A stretch of 56,966 bases of DNA from Anaerolineales bacterium (GTDB taxonomy: Bacteria > Chloroflexota > Anaerolineae > Anaerolineales > E44-bin32): the NCBI GenBank assembly GCA_023250385.1, contig JAHFAU010000001.1, positions 1 through 56,966 on the forward strand. The letters run 5' to 3'. A model generated the notes under the pieces. That model searched no databases, had not been told where the DNA came from, and worked only from the letters and a program-made list of their open reading frames with translations. This document shows, one piece after another, positions 54,772-56,966 of the stretch. A program made the position numbers and the translations under genes. Numbering within the stretch: the stretch's first letter is position 1; every line of letters starts with the position of its first letter.

Positions 54772-55641
54772 ATGGCTCAAGCAGACCTCGTCTTACTCCA
54801 TCCGCCCAGCGTCTACGATTTCAGGAGGCAATCGATCCTGTACGGTCCGATCAGCGATCTGATCCCATCTTCGCCGGTCTTCGAGATGTACCCGTTGGGA
54901 TTCCTAACCATGGTGGCCTACCTCGAAGAACGCGGGTTCGAGGTGCGGGTAGTGAACCTGGCGCTCCGGATGATGAACGACCCACACTTCGATGTGCCAG
55001 GCTTCCTTTCCAAGCTCCATCCGCTTGCCTTCGGCATCGATCTGCACTGGCTTCCGCATGCTCATGGTTCGATTGAGGTGGCGAAGTTGGTCCGAGCGAA
55101 TCACCCCAATACTCCGATCATCTTTGGGGGATTGTCGGCTACCTACTTCCACGATGAATTGATTCAGGTTCCGGCGGTAGATTTCGTCCTCCGGGGCGAC
55201 TCGGTGGAGCCGGCGCTTTACGAGTTGATGGTGCGGTTGAGGGCCGGCCGGTCGCCTGCCGGCGTGCCGAATCTGACCTGGAAAGAGGATGGTCAGACCC
55301 GCGTCAACCCCAAGGGTTTTGCGCCCGGCTCACTCGATCATGTCGATCTGCGGCCAGCCCGAATGGTAAGGATGGTACTGCGCTACCGGGACCTGCAGAG
55401 CGTACTGCCGTTTAATGGCTGGTGGCAGAACCCGATCACCGCAGTCTTCACCGTCAAGGGCTGTGCCCACGAGTGTGTAACTTGCGGCGGATCCAACTCG
55501 GCCTGCGGTCTGCTCAATGCCCGAAGCGGCCCCGTGTTCCGGAGTCCAGCCAGCCTCGTCGCCAATATGACCGAGATCGGCCGGATATCCCGAGGGCCGA
55601 TTTTCCTGGTCGGCGATTTGCGGCAGGCCGGCGAGCCCTAG
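54772..55641 (+). CDS. Cobalamin-binding-domain radical SAM protein, N-terminal part (ends at an in-frame TAG)
   Basis: Rossmann-like B12-binding domain (IIFGGLSATYF...VDFVLRGDSVEP), then the CxxxCxxC motif (GCAHECVTCGG). It stops at TAG 55639-55641 in the same frame as the next ORF. Confidence 0.75.
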   Translation: MAQADLVLLHPPSVYDFRRQSILYGPISDLIPSSPVFEMYPLGFLTMVAYLEERGFEVRVVNLALRMMNDPHFDVPGFLSKLHPLAFGIDLHWLPHAHGSIEVAKLVRANHPNTPIIFGGLSATYFHDELIQVPAVDFVLRGDSVEPALYELMVRLRAGRSPAGVPNLTWKEDGQTRVNPKGFAPGSLDHVDLRPARMVRMVLRYRDLQSVLPFNGWWQNPITAVFTVKGCAHECVTCGGSNSACGLLNARSGPVFRSPASLVANMTEIGRISRGPIFLVGDLRQAGEP

Positions 55642-55653
55642 GCGGCCGAGGTC

Positions 55654-56520
55654 TTGGACCGCTTGCGCAGCACTCGGCTCCGAAACCAGGTCGTATTCGA
55701 ACTATTCGACATGCCGCCCCTGCAATACCTGAGGGACATTGACCGCTCAGTCAAGCATTGGAGTCTGGAGCTGTCCCCCGAGAGTCATGACGAGCGCATC
55801 CGCCGGGCCCAGGACGAGACCGTCAACCACAGCAACGACCAGATGGAGTCCGTGATTCAGCAGGCGCTGCTCCTGCGCTGCCAGCGGGTCGATGTATTCT
55901 TCATGATCGGGCTTCCGCAGCAGACCCAGGAGTCGGTGCGGAAGACGATCGATTATTGCGAACACCTCTTCCAAATCTCGGATGCGCGCCTGTCGTGTTT
56001 CATCTCCCCACTCGGCCCGTTCCTCGATCCGGGAAGCCGGGGTTACGAGGATCCGGAGCGGGTTGGCTATCGGTTGTTCGCCCGAACGCTGGAACAGCAC
56101 CGCTGGCTGCTAGTCCAGCCGACCTGGGAGCGGATCCTGAATTACGAGACCCGCTGGATGACCCGGGAACAGCTGGTGATGGCCACATACGAGGCAGGCG
56201 AGAGGCTGAATGCGCTCAAACTTCGTTACGGCCGGATTCCGCGACGCCGAGGCGAGCAGGTTGCCCGACGGATCGGGCTCGCCCGAGCGCTGCGCGATCG
56301 CCTCGATGAGTTGGTCGATCGGGGAGCAATCGAAGGGGAGGAGTTTGATCGGTTGCGCGGCCAGGTCAGGGGATTCAGCGTGTCCACGGTTTGCGACAAG
56401 CGGGAGCTCTTCTGGCGCCGCCACCTGCTCAACTTCAACCTGCTCACAATCCTGCGGATCGGGCTGGCCTACCTGGTCGAGCAATTTGCCCGCTTGACGA
56501 GTAGAACTACTGTGCTATAA
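55654..56520 (+). CDS. Radical SAM protein, C-terminal part (same frame as 54772-55641)
   Basis: The frame reopens immediately after the TAG ([13 protein letters not shown]...). This is the rest of the radical-SAM barrel plus a helical tail. The first listed start is TTG 55654. Confidence 0.7.
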   Translation: MDRLRSTRLRNQVVFELFDMPPLQYLRDIDRSVKHWSLELSPESHDERIRRAQDETVNHSNDQMESVIQQALLLRCQRVDVFFMIGLPQQTQESVRKTIDYCEHLFQISDARLSCFISPLGPFLDPGSRGYEDPERVGYRLFARTLEQHRWLLVQPTWERILNYETRWMTREQLVMATYEAGERLNALKLRYGRIPRRRGEQVARRIGLARALRDRLDELVDRGAIEGEEFDRLRGQVRGFSVSTVCDKRELFWRRHLLNFNLLTILRIGLAYLVEQFARLTSRTTVL

Positions 56521-56521
56521 T
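56494..56521 (+). promoter_or_regulatory. recA promoter (TTGACG-N16-TGcTATAAT)
   Basis: -35 TTGACG at 56494-56499 and an extended -10 TGCTATAAT at 56513-56521. It overlaps the last codons of the radical SAM gene. Confidence 0.6.
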
Positions 56522-56526
56522 CCATC

Positions 56527-56540
56527 CGAACATACGTTCT
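56527..56540. promoter_or_regulatory. LexA (Cheo-type) SOS box CGAAC-N4-GTTCT
   Basis: CGAACATACGTTCT lies 6 nt downstream of the -10 and 22 nt upstream of the recA ATG. Confidence 0.65.
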
Positions 56541-56561
56541 CATGGAGAGGATGGCAGCGAG

Positions 56562-56966
56562 ATGGAAAACGGAAAGGCTGGACCCAATGAACGGCTGGAA
56601 GTGCTTGGTGGAGCGCTGGGCGAAATCGTCAAACGCTTCGGAGAAGGCGCCGTGATCCGGTTAGGGGAGGCCACTCACCTGGCGGTTCAAACCATCCCAA
56701 CCGGGTCCTTGCCCTTAGATCTGGCCCTGGGGGTCGGGGGGATTCCCCGCGGGCGGGTGACGGAGATTTACGGGCCGGAAGCCTCCGGCAAGACCACCCT
56801 CTGCCAGCACATCGTGGCGGAGGCCCAGCGGCTCGGCGGACTGGTGGCCTACATCGACATGGAGCACGCCCTGGACCCCTCCTACGCCGCTCGCTGCGGG
56901 GTGGACATTGACAACCTGTACATCTCCCAGCCGGACACCGGCGAGCAGGCGCTGGAGATCACCGAG
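56562..56966 (+). CDS. recA: Recombinase RecA (3' end lies outside the window)
   Basis: [36 protein letters not shown]...[25 protein letters not shown]...[10 protein letters not shown]. Walker A motif present. GGAGAGG RBS. Absent from the ORF track because no stop lies in the window. Confidence 0.95.
   Translation, partial: MENGKAGPNERLEVLGGALGEIVKRFGEGAVIRLGEATHLAVQTIPTGSLPLDLALGVGGIPRGRVTEIYGPEASGKTTLCQHIVAEAQRLGGLVAYIDMEHALDPSYAARCGVDIDNLYISQPDTGEQALEITE

Noticed and set aside
55639-55641. The in-frame TAG as pyrrolysine or genome-wide stop-codon reassignment.
   Set aside because: TAG terminates many well-defined genes in this window at the expected C-termini. No pyl genes or suppressor tRNA are visible. 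Both tRNAs present are ordinary Arg(CCG) and Pro(GGG).

Overview
This is a 57 kb, roughly 63-65% GC bacterial chromosomal segment that is densely coding. By eye it has about 55 protein genes, 2 tRNAs, and no rRNA, CRISPR array, transposase or integrase. All product calls rest on my recognition of family motifs in the supplied translations and on my own reading of both strands. No database search was run.

Gene content and signal style suggest a Chloroflexota-like or other Gram-positive-type lineage, but this is inference only. The relevant signals are a yqeY-pgpH-ybeY-dgkA operon, a bifunctional transaldolase/PGI, a GAAC-N4-GTTC box in front of recA, strong GGAGG ribosome-binding sites, and many ATGA/GTGA coupled gene junctions.

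Most of the window is housekeeping or central metabolism: tldD/pmbA, msrA, acyl-CoA dehydrogenase with etfBA, lutA-lutBC, tkt, tal-pgi, folE/folB/folK, and recA.

The regions worth a second look are these:
1. A potassium locus at 2.4-9.9 kb. It has a KimA-family K+ transporter and a divergent 745-aa KimA-like paralog that converge with only 8 nt between their stop codons. Next to them sits a short-form KdpD/KdpE pair with no kdpFABC in the window. Upstream lies a roughly 460-nt non-coding region with a near-consensus promoter and a perfect TGTGA-N6-TCACA palindrome.
2. A pterin cluster at 43.6-47.4 kb, arranged as folE divergent from FolM-like SDR-folB-folK-FAD oxidoreductase. The folK frame is absent from the ORF track because it has no in-frame canonical start. 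The expected GTGA-coupled GTG is present but one base out of frame.
3. An uncharacterised trio at 53.3-56.5 kb, just upstream of recA. It comprises a HEAT-repeat protein, a PD-(D/E)xK-like protein with a 4-Cys cluster, and a cobalamin-type radical SAM gene split by a single in-frame TAG.
4. An ECF42-type sigma/YciI module with a matching TGTCGA-N17-CGTC promoter.

I cannot show that any of these is a new system. The trio in (3) and the KdpDE/KimA pairing in (1) are the best candidates.
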